Translations under genes and position numbers: made by a program
Shown here: piece after piece, positions 62,151-64,000 of the stretch
Layout: every line of letters starts with the position of its first letter
Numbering within the stretch: position 1 is the stretch's first letter
The notes under the pieces: generated by a model
Told to the model about the DNA's origin: nothing
The model's input: only the letters and a program-made list of their open reading frames with translations
Databases searched by the model: none
From: the human T2T-CHM13v2.0 reference genome, Homo sapiens
Length of the DNA stretch: 64,000 nucleotides
NCBI RefSeq assembly: GCF_009914755.1
Contig: NC_060927.1
Reading direction: 5' to 3' (one strand)

Positions 62151-63850
62151 CAAAGTGTGTGAAAATGGATATGAGAATATTTTCTAAGCCATGCCATGCT
62201 ACATATTGCTAGGTGTCATTGTCCTTAAGCTCTGAATCACCCTTATTAAGAAAATAAGATTCTGGAATGAAGATGGCATGGGACTCCCTCATCCAGAGAC
62301 ACAGGTCAGCAGGAATCCTGAATTCCCAGTCATCACCTTCCTGCATCTGCCCAGGCCCAGCTCCATGACCACCAAGCAGTGACAAGTGAAAACAGCAGAG
62401 AGGAATAAGCCACTGTTCCTCAACTGATCAAAGGGCAAGTTAACACATGTTTGAATGTTATGGCTCACATGGCCTGCCTTAAGCCAGGTGGTCTAGGCAG
62501 GTGGTCTTTGTGAAATGAAGGACCAAGTGGAGAGAGAAGACTCTCCAAGCCCAAGAGAGCCATGGTCTTCAGAACCAGCAATTTTTGACCCCAGGGAAGG
62601 CATGAGAGCCCTCAGAAAGGTTTTACAAAGTGACATCCCCAGTTGCCTCCTTCTGAGATGGTGATAAGTCTCATATATGGCCCAAACATGGGGATTTTAA
62701 AAAATCCAAGAACCCCAGCTCTAAGCAGCAGACCAGGACCATGTATGTGACTGGTGTCCAGAAGAAAGGGACCCCAGGGTAGGTCACTGAAGATATTATA
62801 GGGTTACTGGGATTTGTAGACAGGATGAACCTGGGTGCCTGAGGGGATGAAGAAGGAGTCTGGGAGAGGGGACTGCAGGAGCAGGCTGGCAACTGGGTAG
62901 ACCAAGAACAAAGCCTACAGGCCACCAGGAGGAAGGTATCCGAGCATCACTACCCCTTGAATAAAGACTGGAGGCTGGGGAAAGCCATACAGGGCAGCCC
63001 TGAACAACCCAGAGTATCAACATGATGGCACAGCTGATAAAGCCCGAAAAGGGCTCTTGGCAGGGAAAAGAGGGGCAGAAGCTGAAGACTGACTGTCTGG
63101 GTGTTATAGAAACAAACATCCCTGCAGCTAGCCAGCACCAGCTGGGTCCCTAGGTACTGTCTTAAGAATGCCAGGGGTACCACTACTGGTCCCAGCAGCA
63201 TGATCAAACCTGCAGGACTCCTATTTTCTGCTCAGGCCTACAAATTGGGGCTGGGAATGAGGATGCATGACTTTAACTGGGAATCTGTGTAGGTTTTCCA
63301 GAAGGCTCTCAGATCACCTATGACCATTCTAACTCTGGACATTGGCAGGGCCTTTACAACTCTAACAGAAGAACAGAACAGCTCTCGATGTGCCTGTCTT
63401 CCCATTTGGTGTCTCTCTGCAAGTTATGGCTGGTGATCCCACCAGCACTGCCTTAGGCTCTCCTCTTGTCAGACGCTTGCTGTCCTCTCCTTCCTGGCTG
63501 CTTCTTCATTCCTCCGCCCTCTCCAAGTGGGGACTTTTTTCTTTAGTAAAGAAAACCTACATGTAAATTCCTTCATGCCTGGAAACCCAGGGGACATTTT
63601 GAACCTTTCAACAGTTTCTGCACCTTTGTCAGCTTGAGCAGCTGAGATGAGCCACTTTATAAGCCTGGGGGAGTTGAGATGAAAAATTTGCAGGATTTGA
63701 AAGTGGAAAAAATACATCTAATTTAGCTCTTCTTGGAAAAAGAGGTTTTCGGGGCCTGCTTCCATCTCCCTTAGGGTTGCTGGTCCCAGCTCTGGGTTCC
63801 CCCTGCCTCCTCATCCTGAGCTGCTGAAAGAGAAGGTGAGGAACACAAGG

Positions 63851-63852
<2 letters not shown>

Positions 63853-63888
<36 letters not shown>
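63853..63888. repeat. (GT)18 microsatellite
   Basis: Direct reading. Confidence 0.95.
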
Positions 63889-63892
<4 letters not shown>

Positions 63893-64000
63893 CCTCAGTG
63901 CTGGAAGCCACATTCAAGGGCACCAAGGAGCCCTCTCTGCTCTCTCAGTCCCATCAGCTATTGGCTGGTGAGAGGGAAACCACAGCCCAGATAGCCTCCT

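Overview
Human (primate) genomic DNA from inside the EPHB1 receptor tyrosine kinase gene, transcribed on the + strand. The window holds the end of intron 1, coding exon 2 (31269-31333, 65 nt), the whole of intron 2 (about 25.5 kb), the large ligand-binding-domain exon 3 (56807-57488, 682 nt) and the start of intron 3. About 99% is intronic and filled with transposon relics (MIR, L2, L1M, MLT1, MST, Alu monomers/AluJ, MER58). Almost all ORFs in the supplied track are spurious. The most notable items are: a human-specific pre-Ta L1HS insertion with a twin-priming 5' inversion and a 14-bp TSD; an antisense LTR12/ERV9 solo LTR nested in an MLT1 LTR; a 219-bp tandem duplication of about 98% identity; a 29-bp inverted templated copy ending in a perfect palindrome; and the frame symmetry of exons 2+3 (747 nt), which would give a stop-free circular RNA. 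I see no convincing new multi-gene system. The regulatory and RNA-processing ideas below are hypotheses. Repeat subfamily calls are from recalled consensus sequences, not a database search, and boundaries of old repeats are approximate.
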